Shown in pieces: positions 11,134 through 25,266 of a DNA stretch of 64,000 bases (within the stretch, counting starts at the first letter, position 1; every line of letters starts with the position of its first letter). Both the position numbers and the translations under genes were made by a program. The notes under the pieces are model-generated. The model was not told the origin of the DNA and searched no databases. It worked only from the letters and a program-made list of their open reading frames with translations. This DNA comes from Eledone cirrhosa (lineage: Eukaryota), in contig OZ024745.1 in NCBI GenBank assembly GCA_964016885.1, forward strand, positions 17,236,001 through 17,300,000, in the 5' to 3' direction.

Positions 11134-13300
11134 ATGCGAAAACACAACATTGACTTCTCTACCAAGAACATCCCAATCCCAGCGAAAAAACTTTACCTTC
11201 GGATGCTCACGCAAAAAAATCGATCTATTTGCGAAAAGACTTAGATGGAGAACTTTTTTCTATGACCGATATTGCGACAACCAGGACTTCGGCACCAAGG
11301 AGAGATTCTGATTTATTACCTACAAATCTCCGCCCCCGAACCCCTTGCTCTCACCCTTCGAGAATGACCTCTTCCAACTGGTCAAGAACATTAAATTTAA
11401 ACCCAGACACAACCGATTCCTACAAAAACTCCGTAGCAACTTAACAGAGTATGATAACACCAATGACATCATGGTGCACTCGGATAAAACTGGGAACCTA
11501 TACTTTGTCAACCCTGACAGATACCACACACTGATCAGGAGCAGCCTAAACTCCACCTATAAAAAGGCCAACCACACCTGCATCGAGGACATAAGTCGAG
11601 ATGGACAACAAATTACCTCCAGCCTTGGGGTCGCCGACCGCACGGAACCTTTAGACCCACGGACACCATACTTCACACTGTAGGACCATAAATCCGATTT
11701 TGACCGTAAACCCTCTATCAGGCTTATTAACCCAACGAAGTCCGACATAGGGATAATCAGCAAAAAAATCCTAGACCGCGTGATACCAAAAGTCAAGCAA
11801 CACGCCCGACTTAGCCTATGGATCAACACCCAGGAAGTAATCTCATGGTTCAGCAATATGGAGGATAAACGAGACACTAAATTCATACAGTTCGACATAG
11901 AGAGCTACTATGCTTCAATCACCTTACCGCTACTTACTGCCGCCTTGGACTTCGCCGAAACACTTGTGCCCATCACCGACCAGGAAAGAAAAATCATCCT
12001 CCACGCCAGGAAGAAAGTCTTACTCTTTGACGACTCTAAATGAATAAAAAGAGCTCCCGACTCACCCTTCGACGTCAGCATGGGCGCCACGGATTCGGCG
12101 GAGGTCACAGAACTTATAGGATTATTCCTAATAGCCAAACTCACTGATATGTTTCCTGCATTCGGTGGTGGATTATACCGTGATGATGGGTTCCTTACCC
12201 TTAAAGGGTACAACCCCAGTAGTACAGATCGGGTCCGGAAACAATTAATCAGCTTCTTCCGCGACTGGGGATTTAAAATAACCCTACAAACGTCCCTGAC
12301 CCGAGTAAACTTCCTGGACGTGACCCTCGACCTCGAAAACGACCTGTACTACCCATACATGAAACCTAATGACAACCTGCACTACATCCACCGCCGATCA
12401 AACCATCCTAGGAACATCACAAACAACCTGGTCAAAAACATCTCCCTCCGCATATCCCGTTTGTCAGCTAATGTGCGGATATTCGATGAACATGCGCCTT
12501 ATTACAACCAGGCCCTCAAGCGGAGTGGTTTCCGGGAGGAAATATCCTACTGTCCAGCTCCCATTAGCGGAACCAGCAAGAGACACAGCCGCTCACGCAA
12601 TGTAACATGGTTCAATCCTCCCCACAACGCAGAGGTGACAACTCCCATCGGGAAACTATTCTTTAGGCTCATTGAAAAACACTTCCCACTACAACACCGC
12701 TACCACAACATAATTAACAAAGATACCATCAAACTCTCTTACAGCACTACACCTAACTTCGCACAAAACATCGTCTCCTCTAACAACAAAAATCTCAACC
12801 CCGATGGCAGAAATAACCTAAATAGCAGTGGAGAACCGACCAGGAGGTGTAACTGTCCGGATAGATCCATTTGCCCTCTCGACAATAGATGCAGAGACCG
12901 TAATGTGATCTACCAGTGCAACGTGAGGACCGATACCTCCAACAAAGCCTATATAGGACTAACCGCATGTGACTTCAAGACCCGGCTATACCAACGTAGA
13001 CAAACCTTCCGAAACCCGGCCCGCCGTCACGCCACTACACTTTCGGGCCACATATAGGACCTCAAGGACAACAACATCACCTATGATCTCACTTGGAGAT
13101 TACTGTCCAGAGCCAATACTTACACGGGAGGACGCCGTCCGTGCAATTTATGCTCGGAGGAAACTTTACAAATGCTGTTTTTGACGGACCAACTCCTAAA
13201 CAAGAAAGATGAACTGGTTACTGCATGTAAACATAGATTGCGTAGGACTTACCTCGCCTTCAAACCCCATAATGACCCGGGGGGTAGACTAGGGCTATAA
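11134..13300 (+). pseudogene. Naiad-type PLE RT plus GIY-YIG endonuclease ORF (~720 codons), disabled
   Basis: STKNIPIP, SDKTGNLY, RLINP, FDIESYY, MGATDSAE, LYRDDG, FLDVTLDL, CNC..CPL..C linker, VIYQC..YIGLT, CNLC..LLNK..CKH. One frameshift near 11220 and stops at ~11681, 12041 and 13055. Confidence 0.92.
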
Positions 13301-14391
13301 CACCCCACTTGCCGATTTTGCATTGGGTTACCCCTGCTTGCCAAGGGAGACGTAAGATCTTCTTTTTATTCTTTTATCGCTTCCTTTATTTCCTTCCCCC
13401 ATCCCTCCTTAGTCCTTCTACCCCAAATCTTCTTCTTTGTTGGCGTCTTTTCTCGCCCACCCGAGGCTGCCCTTTGGCCCCTTGTAGCCTTAGTACCCCA
13501 CCTCCTCCCCCAGTCTATGATAGATTTGGCGGACTCCGCTTTTTATAGCAGTTGGTTTAGACCCCGGATACTTGCCCCCTTTTCCGACCGCTCCAACTAT
13601 TTTCCGTGCCTTCTATATTTCTTAGTGGCACTTATGCCTTTTTCTCGTTTCAGTATTTTTTTCTTCGCTTTTCTTTTGGGCGGGGTGGATTCTGAATTTA
13701 TTTTTCCGTATTCTACCTTTACTTCGTACGAACTTTCATGTAGCTTGTATAAGATCTTTTAGAGTTAGCATTAGTATATATTTTTTTCGGGACTCAGAAT
13801 TATTATCTCGTACTAGTTTACTTTGCTGCACTGGGTGGTTGCTGGCATTGTGCCCGGGATAGAATCCTTTATTATTTATTTCGTGGTAGTCTCTTTAGTA
13901 TTTTGGCCCCATTTGTTGACCCGTCACCGTATGATTTACGTACTTATACCTCTTAAAAGGGCCCTTGCCTATCCCGTCCCACCTAGTTCATTTACTTATT
14001 TACTTATTTCGTTATTTCTTTATTTATTTCTTTACTTCTTTCTTTCTTTCTTTATTTATTTATCTAGCCTAACAATAGCTAGAGACTTAGGTCGTAGAAC
14101 TTGCTTTACTTTTTTCTTTACACTTATTCGCTTTTCTTCACTCTCAGTATTTTTTCTTTCATATATATTTTTACCCCTCATTGTTCTACCTACCGTTCCG
14201 ACCTCCTCCCCCCCCTCCCCAGTATCTTCTTTGACCTCATGCCCAGCTGTAGCTGGCACTACCAACGCTTGATTGGGTCTACTCCCCCCCCTCTTTCTCC
14301 TACTGGCAGGTTTAGCCTCCATCTCCCCTACTAATTTGCAATCACAAATTACTACTGACTTTTGACAATCGCTTTGACCATATATGGAATT

Positions 14392-14485
14392 ACCCCTTGA
14401 GAAGATCGGCTATTTAAATACGAGGATAAATTTTCATTTAGTCCAGAATTAGCCGTCGAAACGGCTTGAGCTCAGCCGTCGGGGT
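14392..14485 (+). ncRNA. type I hammerhead ribozyme, family A
   Basis: ACCCC/GGGGT stem I, TTGAGAA core, CGGCTA/TAGCCG stem II, GAAA, near-palindromic stem III, GTC cleavage triplet (14478-14480). Confidence 0.88.
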
Positions 14486-14495
14486 CTTACCGGTT

Positions 14496-14586
<91 letters not shown>

Positions 14587-14591
14587 ATAAA

Positions 14592-14705
<114 letters not shown>

Positions 14706-17700
14706 CATACCTATGCTCAGTGAACAAGTGAATGTTAATAGACGTCAGCGTTAGATGATGAAGCTTTTATACATGTATCATCCGGATAAAATATGAATGA
14801 TACATTGATATATGATATTAGTCTATAGTGATATTACTCTAAATGTGTTATATTAACATTATTTAGTTTTAAATAAAAAAAAAACGCAAAAGCTAGATAC
14901 CTTTACAGGGAAATACTTCGTTGTTTAGCTAGAGATGATGTAATGCCGTGTCAATGAGAGACATTATGCGCAGTTACCATGGAAATTAAATAAGCGCTTC
15001 TTTATCAGCCCAAAAGCTAGGATAAATATTATATGAAATATCGTTTATATAAGATGCAACATAGGAAAGATAATCTTATCTTAATATTTGAATAAAATAT
15101 AAATGTGTGTAATATAGTAAGGGACTGTTTTTAGAATCTAATCAGATTTTGTGATGAATTTGTTAAAGATAAATACGCACTATCTGATAAATGAAGTATG
15201 ACTGTTTTCCAGTAAACTGTTCTGAACAAAACAGTTACTTTTTATCTCACCTGTTATATTATCATAATCATTAATTTTGGGAACGTATTGTCAACTGGAA
15301 ATATTTATGATAAGATCATACTACTGAATTCTTCTGACAATATCAGCTACATATCGAACTATTAGTTCATTGCATTATATCTATCAGTGAATTGTTATAT
15401 AGCTTATGAAAACTTGTATTTCAAATATGTTTGTATGAATACAGTACAGGAAAATCAGTCCGGTGCGTGAATTATATTTCATTGTTTTAAAAAAAGTCTA
15501 TTAGATTGCCGTTACGTGATTCATAATAATTAAGAAGAATATTTTATAATTAACAATTGATGTGTAGAGATTATTTCATATTTACCAAAAACAGGGAATT
15601 GCAATACCAATTACGCGTCGTCCATTTTTTGATTTTGCTGTATTTTCATAACTAGATACTGTTAGTTATAAAACCATCACCTAGATTAGCATAGTTATTG
15701 GGTTCTTGTTATAGTAAGACAGACTGACCTATCGTGCCCCCCTTAAATTCTACTTTCATTTTCTCTCATGCTTATTTAGCAAAATAACAACATATTCCGA
15801 ATAATAAAATATTATCTTTAAAGGTTTAAACAAAATTTCCTTGGTTAGATTCCAAGGGTGAATGCTATTAAAATGCAAACAAATTAATTTTAATGTGCAC
15901 ATGCATCATGGGTAAATTTGTATTCCTCTTTCATAGTTCTCAGCTGTAAATTTGTCGAATTAACTTCTATGGAGGTCATATTTGTGTTGTGATATCTCAA
16001 ATGTGTGTAAACATCTGATATCGAAGGATTATATTTATGAAGAACATAGATGTGAATTCACAACGGCGATTCCTGTATATATATCAGCCAGAAATATGTG
16101 GGTGTTACTAAACCTGTACATGCTCTTTGAAGAATAAATGCAGATATGTAAACATGCACCTGTCGATAGACCTTCAACTGGAGGTATTAACGATGGGATT
16201 TGGCGCTTCTAGACTTTGATAGATCGTGATACAATACTAGAGCATTTGCAGCTAGAAGTGGTGTAACTTGAGTTCCTGTCATCATCAAAATTGTGCTTCA
16301 TAGAAATATTTCGACTACACACCATTGACAAATAGTCGTGTCACAATTTCTTTTTGCTACCACTACTGTTGTTGCAGCAATTGTTGTCGTCATTCTGGTG
16401 GGAGTTATATGTAACGAGAGACATAAATATGTCTAAATAACATAATTTACATCCGAATGACACCCTATAAACATATTTAAACATATATTCACATATAAGC
16501 ACCTATATGTGAAGTAATGTATTGCTTCATTTATAGGACACATCCATCGTGGGATTCTCTTCAGGTTGATGAATCTCTAAATTTAAAGTTAATTGGAGTG
16601 ATTCTCTGAAACAGAAAACACCAGCCTTACAATTAATATTCGTAAAATTATAATTGCAAACAAAAAAGCTTAAGCTTAATATCAACTCAGTTTAATATCT
16701 CTGTAGAGAAATAAGTGTTATATACTCTAAATTTACAATTTAAATTCATTAAAAGAACAGTATACCAAATTCGTATTTTCCCACAGCCTCTCATCTGACA
16801 CGTTTAAATATGTGTATGTTGACCAGCCAGTACACACTTGAATTTATTTCTTTAATCAATGCCTTTAAATGAAATTTCTATATAAGTAAATGATAATATA
16901 GTTATTAAAATGCTTTAATTGATGACTTATAATTAATTGTTTGAAAGTATGAAATATATCGAAGGCAATATTTCTACATGGAAGGGCGGTGAATTATAGA
17001 CGTGGAGAAACACGAGATCACTGGTTAAATTCCGTAAAGGTGAGTAAGTAAAATAAAGTAAACCCCCACGGAACCTAAGCGCTGGTACAAAGGGATACTT
17101 CTGGTTTTACATATTCTATTGCTAGTACAGTGATCGCAGTGATGTCTGTTTACATAGAAATACCAGTAAGACCCACACGACTCACTTGACTCGTATGCTT
17201 TTGTCATTCACCTTGTGTCCCCTGCCTCTAAAGCTCAGCACTAATCAGTAACCCGTATTGCTTCGTACTACAATCTTTGTTCCCGTACAAATGTCTCTTT
17301 ACTGAAGCTGTCATCTTGAACTATTCAGGAAGAATATAAACGACGTTGATCTGCAAGTTGTTGGAAAGCTATGGTCAAAGCCTCTTATTCAAAACCAAAC
17401 CAATAAAATAAGTTCCTTTTAAGATTTCGAATGTAACTATAATGTTGCAAATAAAGTGAGAAGTACATATGGATGACAAGCTTCAGTCTAGATTTCAGCA
17501 TTATAATCATTTCATATTACTATTGGACATTTGGTGAGAAAATGTTACCGTAAAGCATTTTCCCCTGGTAATGTTATTAGTATTCACGTTTAAATTCGGA
17601 CTTAATGAAACATATTAACATTAAGTTATTCCATGAATCGTAAATGTAAATTATATCTTTACTCAGTTTCGTTTCTTATATTCCCGTGGGCGTTTCAAAT

Positions 17701-18057
17701 CAAGGGATTGGTGTTTGCTTGAAATAAAATTCATTTGTTTTCATTAAATTAAATATTCTTCATCAACCTAATAATGATATGCATATATTATTGTAGGTCA
17801 AATGTAAAATGGGAATTTCGAGAGGACCCTTATTAAATGAGTAACAAATAAAATAATTATACCGTGATGTTGTCACACGATTATTGTTAATTGAAGAAAT
17901 AATAAATCTGCTAAAATGCCAAAATTATAGAAACCTAAATATTATAAAAATCATAAGTTTTATAAAGAAGTAAAATAGTGTTTCCATGGGGATATATAGG
18001 CATTGAGAGACAAAGATAGCTGTAGGCAATAAAACAATAAAATCTTACATCGGAATA

Positions 18058-18168
18058 GTCGTCGTCGTCGTCGTCTTCTTCTTCTTCTTCTTCTTCTTCT
18101 TCTTCTTCTTTTTCTTCTTCTTCTTCTTCTTCTTCTTCTTTTTCTTCTTCTTCTTCTTCTTCTTCTTC
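18058..18168. repeat. (GTC)n(TTC)n microsatellite
   Basis: Directly visible. It forms the tail of the adjacent minus-strand retroelement 3' end. Confidence 0.95.
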
Positions 18169-18635
18169 ACCCGCTTATTCCTGAAATGGTCGTGGGGGCA
18201 GTTCTCAAACAACCCTTCCAGCGTGTCCTGTCAGAAGTAACTATCTCCAGCTGATCTGGCTGGATTCACACGCGAGACCAGGCATGCGGCAGGTTTTTGA
18301 GAAATCGTGGAAATGTAGCCTCGAGGTATATTTGGATTAGTCATACGTTGAATTTAAATGTATTGTCAACTCAAACTATAATATGCTTTGAATACTTATG
18401 ATGATTACAATTAGCAGGCTACACATAAAATGGGGGAATTATGATAAATGATAATACCATAAGAAATACTTTATGGAAAATGTAATAACATCAAAATAAG
18501 AAAAAAGTAACTAAATAAATTGGGGATCCAGCCGGATCAGTTGGAGACGGTTGCTTCTGACAGGCCCACCTTGAAGGAGTGTTTGAGGACTCTACACCTA
18601 CGACCCTCTCAGGAATAAGTGGGCGAATAATAATG
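18169..18635. mobile_element. two oppositely oriented LINE/SINE 3'-end relics (18169-18270 minus, 18522-18635 plus)
   Basis: CCAGCCGGATCAGTTGGAGA...TTCTGACAGG...CGACC..TCAGGAATAAGTGGGCGAATAATAAT occurs in both orientations with simple-repeat tails. It looks RTE-like. Confidence 0.55.
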
Positions 18636-18845
18636 GTTTCTTATATAGGCACAAGGCCAGCAATTTTGGAGGAGGGGGAAGTCGATTAAATCGACCATAG
18701 TGCGTGTCTGGTACTTTATTTTATCGACCCCATAAGGATGAAAGGCAATGTTAACCACGACAGGATTTGAAATTTGATAATAAAGGGCCGTAACTCTATA
18801 CTGAAGCATGGTGTCCGACCCTCTTCCGATACTGCCAATGCAAGT
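18630..18845 (-). mobile_element. tRNA-derived SINE
   Basis: Reverse complement of TTGGCAGTATCGG...TTCAAATCC...TGCCTTTCATCCTTATGGGGTCGATAAAATAAAGTACCAG. Confidence 0.85.
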
Positions 18846-18904
18846 GGGCGAATAATAATAATAATTATTATACCGTGATGTTATCATACAATCATTATTA
18901 TTTA

Positions 18905-18968
18905 ATTAAACGAAGTGGGTGATACACCATATTGACAAGGAGGAGGCTAGCTCACTGCGTAGGATCTT

Positions 18969-19045
<77 letters not shown>

Positions 19046-19693
19046 GTCTGGGGCTCACATTGTATCCCAGTGTAAACACCGTGCCCAGACTCACTATAAA
19101 GGCCGGAGACATGATATGATAGGAAAGGTGATTCACTGGCATTTAGGCAAACTAAACAATTTGTCACATTCTGAGAAGTGGCATGAGTATAAGCCAGAAT
19201 CGTTGATGAAAAACGATCACGTGAAGCTGCTATGGGATTTCAGTATACAGACGGACAAGAAATTAGAACACAATAGGCCTAGTCTGGTGGCTTTTGACAA
19301 GGAAAATAGATCGGGCCTGATTGTAGATGTAGCCTGCCCCTTTGACATGACAGTGCAAGAAAAGGAGAGGGAGAATATTAATCGATACCAGGATTTAAAG
19401 TGGGAATTAAAAAGGATTTGGGACTGTCCTGAGATGATGGTCGTTCCGATTGTCATAGGAGCAGTAGGTACTATCTCAAAGAGTTTTCAAGGATGGTTAA
19501 AGATTATTTGTCCAGCCCCGTTGTTTGGAACACATCAAAAGGCATGCTTGCTGGGAACAGCAGGAACCCTCCGATACGTTCTGAATATTTGAGGTTGCAG
19601 GTAGCGGCGAGATATTCATTTGAACAAACTTTCCAGTTAAATAACATCAATGACTTAAACTCAATGTATGATAATGATAATAATGATAATAAT
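18905..19693 (+). mobile_element. R4/Dong-clade non-LTR retrotransposon 3' fragment (restriction-like endonuclease)
   Basis: HIVSQC..Y.RRHD, KLLWDFSIQTD, NRPSLV, IVDVACPFD, YQDL..EL, VVPIVIGAVG, QKACLLGT, followed by a (TAA/TGA)n tract. Confidence 0.85.
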
Positions 19694-22600
19694 GGTTTAA
19701 TTCATTGGCCACAAGGGCCGACATATAGGGGGCAATACAATAAACGGGGAGAGTGGGTGTTTTACACAAAAATAGAGTAAAAATAGGAAAATAATAACAA
19801 TAAACAAGAACAATACCATAATGAAAATTCACTAATAGAGATGGATAACCACCCAAGATTGACTCAGGTACTTCACCAATCCTGAACCACCCGATGCTTC
19901 GAGGGCACTCGGTAAGGGCAACCAACCATCTCCTCCTCAAATTGACCGACCTACAGGCGCATGATCAGAGTAGGCCCACTCACACGGGCCATTCTCTCCA
20001 CATTCACCCACCTTTCAGGAAATGTACTGGGTGACAGCACTTCTCTCTCCACCCTCACCTTCCTTTTCTAATGAAATTTGAAAAGGTTGACGAGGGATTG
20101 GCCGAAGAGAAAAGTGTCTGTCTTCAGTCCTTTAAACCTGGTCGACCATACAACCACTTTCGCTACTGCCACCTGACAGAGGAAAATTGCCTGCCCCTCC
20201 TGGCCAAAAGAACGCGGTGGGTCGATCTTCATTATGGTCTCGGCCGATAGCCGGACCGTTCTACACGCGACAACAGCTGTTGGACATAACTCCACAAGTC
20301 TGTAATGGACGAAGATTAGAGCCTAATGTGTGCAGAACGGTTTTGTCGCTCTGCGCGCATCTCGGGCAGGTCCGTCTGACAGTACTTCCATGCCTGTAGG
20401 GTTTATCTCGAACCGGCAGTGCCCCTCGGTAGCACTGCCAAGCAAGGGATTTTTGGAAGTTATCCATCCTCCCCGGCGCGAAATTCACCCGGAGCAGACT
20501 GGTTAGTTTGACGTTGCTGATGCAGCGAGCCTCTCTGAGTGCATCATCGCATGAGAACCCCTGTCTGCCTGTATGTCTGTCTGTCTACTAAAACGGTTGG
20601 CACACATCTACTCCTAAACCGTACGTTCAAATTTCGGTGAAATTGCTACACTTATAGATGAAGGTCCGGCGGAGACATCGATCAAAAACATTTTCAAATC
20701 AACCCACGTGAAGTGCAAATATTGAATTTGTAATGCATTGATTTTTCAGTTCAAATGTATAAATAGAGATGAGAGACGAGTTATTTCCCTTTTATGGCGT
20801 CATTCTGTCTATCTATTTACGTTACGAATATACGACGCGTGCAAAAGTACAAAAAATACACGAACAGTTTTCGGACCAGCAAAATTTTGACCTGCAATAT
20901 TCATGAGTTCGAAGTTTCAACATTAAGCTTCCATTTTGCTTCATTTCCATTAAAAAGTCTTTTAATACAATATTTTTACTTGAAAACAAGCCTATTTTGT
21001 AAAAAAAAAACATTCATCTCGAATAAAGCTTTATGAGATTTTCATTTAGAAGCAATGATTTTAAACAAGACACAGATAACGCATTTTTTTTGTTTTTGTT
21101 TTTCATGTCCATCCAATTTCTTTGTTTCAAAATAACTGATAGTTTGGTTACGCTGATGTTTTTCTCTGAGAAAAGTGTTGCAGTATTTACATTTTCGATG
21201 TGTTAATAGATTACCAGTGCAGTTGTTATCCCCAGCATCCTCTTTTGTTTTAACTTTCGGGTTATGATTACGTTTTCTTAACTTCATAAGGCATACTGTT
21301 GGTTGAGGGAATATTAATCAAAAGTACCACATGAAAATCTACAGTTTTTAAGCCAAGAAAGGAACTTAACATTGTAACTTTAACACAGCTACTGAGCAGC
21401 TCCGAGCAACGCCGGGCTTTACTGCTAGTCCTCTATAAAGCTTGAGCGTGGGAGTTCCACTGAACGCATTGCCCACCTGGTAGAGAGTAGTGAATACCTA
21501 GCAACATTCCAGATGCCAGTTACCCAGTCTAAAGGCACCACCTTCGCTATTGTTCACGTCCAGGACCACCAACTTACCGTACTGGTCTCGGAAGATCAAT
21601 CTTACCTCGAGATCCAGGTCTTTCCTAAAGAGCCCTGCCAACCCACCTCCTATTCGCGGCCGACTAACAGATATGAAGATCTGATAGTCGTCGAAAATTG
21701 GGGCTAGTGCGCGCGTATCGTAAATCCTGGACTCGCTGACGGCAATTACATCCATTTCTAGAGACCTGAGGTCATTGAGCAGGTGACCCTGCTTCCAGGG
21801 TGGCCCCAGATCTCGAACATTTAAACGCACTGCTCTTAATATGGCCATGTTGGCAGGCTAAAAGAGAGAGGAAAGGTTTACTTACCTCCCACGCTCTTGT
21901 GAAGGTAGGGTGGTTCGACCTCCATACTTGGTGGGATTTCTTTTGAGAACCCCTTTAAAAGTCTGGATGTGGATTTTACGTTCGTGGTTCCTATGTCCCG
22001 AGAAAAGCACTCTCGAATTCCTTTTGTAGGAATCGAGTGACATTCGCACCAGAAACAAATCTATTGGCGCGCGAAATTTAAAAATCTCCCCCTCAGTTTG
22101 GATTTCTTTACTTCGTGCTACAAGGGACATCAATTCCTTGTTGGCCCTTTTCACTAGCACGAAGTTCTGTATGCTTTGTTGGTGTGGTTTTATTCGTTTG
22201 CGTGACATTGGTGGTGATGGCTTTGATGGTGATGTTTCTTTTGTGTCTGTGTTTGTTGTGAGTGCTTTGTCTGTGGTTTCAGATGTTTGTGTGTGTGTTT
22301 CTTCTTACGTCTGTTTAGGTTGTTTGCGTTTGGGGGATCCTGGTGATGGTGATGGTGTTGGTGGTGTTAATGTTGGTGTTGTTGGGGAGATGTTTGTGTG
22401 GGTGATGTCTGCATTTATTATTGTGGAGGTTTTTTTTTGTGTGTTTTCTTTTTTGCTTTCTTTGGGGATTTTGGTTTTCCCTCATCTTCACTACGGGAAT
22501 AATTTCTTCATAATAGAGAATCACAGTGCTATAATAGAGAATCACGGTGCTTAAAGCGTTAGGAGTACATTCGGGAGGTTTTGAGTTCAATTCCCGAGCT

Positions 22601-22716
22601 CACTGATCCGTTGTGTATTTAAGAGACACGTTGTCTGTAGAAATCGGCTATTGTAATTTCGTTGGAGAACACCGGTGACCTGAATGTTAATGTAGGTGTG
22701 GCGAGGCGCATATATT
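19694..22716 (-). mobile_element. Tx1/L1-like non-LTR retrotransposon, internally deleted (APE start 21848-21525 fused to the C-terminal zinc finger; RT absent)
   Basis: AVRLNVRDL..LEMDVIAVSESR (APE endonuclease) and LAWQCYRGALPVRDK..CPRC...TVLH (zf-RVT type). ORF1 remnants at 21882-22590. Confidence 0.8.
20561..21429 (+). mobile_element. non-autonomous Helitron inserted in the Tx1-like element
   Basis: 5' (CTGT)n microsatellite, 3' hairpin TCCGAGCAACGCCGGG followed by CTAG|T at 21425-21429. AT-rich block interrupting the LINE frame. Confidence 0.75.
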
Positions 22717-22752
22717 CTAGCCTTCAACTTTGAAAGACTGCTTCAACTTTGA

Positions 22753-22833
22753 AAGAAGAAGAAGAAGAAGAAGAAGAAGAAGAAGAAGAAGAAGAAGAAG
22801 AAGAAGAAGAAGAAGAAGAAGAAGAAGAAGAAG
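22753..22833. repeat. (GAA)n microsatellite
   Basis: Directly visible. Confidence 0.95.
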
Positions 22834-23832
22834 AGACAATGAGACACATTTGATTGCATGTCTTTTCATATTGTATGAGCTGATGTAGGCTACATCAGTG
22901 GTGCAAATATTGCATATCAAAATTTTCAGTTATATGCATGATGATATATTCATATTATATATATTTCATTCTAGTTGAGGGAGGAAATTGATAGAAAACA
23001 GTTATGGAAGAACATGGAATATTAAAACATGTCTAAAAGCCCAAAAGCTTTTCTCATTTTCAAATGATAACAAAATACATTAAAACATATTTCGTTGAAA
23101 TAATTTTTGAAACATACTGAATGTATTGGATTATCTAGTGTCTTGTAGGCATGGTTAATATATCTATAATCGTAGTACATTAGCTTCCTTTTAAGTGTAA
23201 TACGTCATTTCAGAACATTGGTTTATATATTTAACGATGAAATCATCTTCGAATTATTGTTCTATACAATCTCAATTTTAAAGAAAATATCTCCCAAAAG
23301 TTGTTCCGTATATTGCAATATATTTTTATTTTATTAATGTTCAGTTTCATTATATTCACACTTATGCTTCATATTCTAGTGGTTCTTCAGTTTTATGTCT
23401 CAAATTGAGTGTTGCATGTATTTTAGAATATACCAAACGTTACGATATTCAACGCAGATTCTTGAATATGGAATATAATCTAAAACGCTGGGCATATGAG
23501 CATGTTGATACGGAAAAGATTGAACAATGTTGCTCATGTGACTCTAATTAGAGCGTAATGTTCCTATAACAAATGATATATATATATATATATATATTAA
23601 TATATATATATATATATATATATTAATATATATATATATATATATAGATAAATCTACCAAAATGTACGGTAGTGTCCAATCCGTATGAAGAACTCAATGT
23701 AATCCGAATATCATGAAAAGAGAAGATGTATTGAAAAGTTTTTTTCGATGAAAAATACAGGAAAACAGAGTCAAGATAAATTAATAAAAATAATGAATAA
23801 ACAAAGAAACAGTTCCTTATATTAAAAAATTC

Positions 23833-23966
23833 ATCATTTTACGACCGTTTCTAGGATATATATGTTAGTGTTGATATGCATATCATATAGATCTATGTAA
23901 AATTTTTACAAACTATCAGAAGGAATATACATACCTACACATATATATGCTGTCTTCAGAAATAAT
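23833..23966 (-). ncRNA. type I hammerhead ribozyme, family C (inverted copy)
   Basis: Reverse complement of 25267-25400 with stem III CGGTCG. Confidence 0.65.
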
Positions 23967-25266
23967 GATATTTGTTTATTGAAAAAAACACAACAAAGAT
24001 TAAATACAATAGGTCTGTTTGGGAACAGGCTCTAACCAATTTAAAGTAAGATTTAATACCCACAAACACAGTTTTAAAAATGCCGCATTAGCTAATACAA
24101 CATCTTTAGCTGAAATAATTAATAATTATAGAAAGAGGAATATAGATTATGACCTGACCTGGAGTGTGCTCAAAAGGGCCACCCCTTATCAAAATAATAG
24201 ATATGTATGTAGATTGTGTTCCCAAGAACCTTTCGAAATAATGAAATCTAAGGATATCCTATTAAATAAGCGACAGGAATTAATAATATCGTGTAATCAT
24301 AAACTTTAAATATTATAAACCTAATTAATATACACTTTAGAAATTATTATAATAACACTTTTTTTTAATTTAGTTAACCTATAATTAATATTCTACCACT
24401 GATGAACTACATCATTTTATTTCCCTTTTCCTAAAATTGATACCATTAAGTATACATATATACTGTTTTAATTTCAGGTTATGATTCTATATTCCTTGTA
24501 ATCTCTATATATTTGTTATTTCTCACTAATAATTGTAACCCCCCCTCCCCGCCAATAATTATATATTTTTTATTTCCCCTTGTTTTTAACAGCACTCTTC
24601 AATTACATCTAATTCTTATTTATCATATCTATATGCATTAATATAATTGTATCAATATAAATATACCTATCAATTTAATTAATTTATTTTCTTTTCATAG
24701 ATGTAAATTCCATATATTTTTTTCACTAACACTTTTATCGTAAAATTTTAGTCTCCTAAGGAGATATTTACAATGGCATTATTCTTTTATACATCATTTT
24801 TTCGTGTACCTTTTACCGACCTGACCTATTTTCACCCCTAAAATAACCTTTTCATTCATCATACACCTTCCATTCAAAACTGAAATCTGCCTTCTTCTAC
24901 CCCTAAATTAAAGTTCCATTACTACTATTATACCATTTGGCCAGTTATTACCTTTCTACTGGTCAATTCAAAACATGTTCCCAAACAGACCTATTATATT
25001 AAATCTTTGTTGGTTTTATTCAATGAACAAATATAATTATTTCTAAAGACAGCATATGACCTATTTTCATCCCTAAAATAATCTTTCATTCATAATATTC
25101 TTTCCACCCAAAACTGAAATCTACCTTCCTCTACCCCTAAATTAAGGCTCTATTACTACTATTTTACCATCTTGTCCTTCACTATCTTTCTATTGGTAAA
25201 TTCAAAACCTGTTCCCAAACAGACCTATTGTATTAAATCTTTGTTGGTTTTTTTCAATAAACAAAT

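Larger units (their letters stand above)
9466..14500 (+). mobile_element. full-length Naiad-type Penelope-like element with partial tandem pLTR and inverted 5' arm
   Basis: Inverted arm 9466-10579, direct partial pLTR 10584-11040, ORF, ~1.2 kb 3' region ending at 14500. (TA)n on both sides. Confidence 0.95.

Noticed and set aside
12041-12043. In-frame TGA in the Naiad ORF as selenocysteine (some Naiads encode selenoproteins)
   Set aside because: It falls at a position that is normally Trp (W.K before FDV.MG), the same copy has two TAG stops and a frameshift, and no SECIS was recognised. A consensus retaining TGA would reopen this.
13309-14334. Hydrophobic ORFs repeated at 9731-10533, 13309-14334 and 43482-43850
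   Set aside because: They are translations of the T-rich PLE 3' UTR and its inverted copies, and frames are not conserved between subfamilies.
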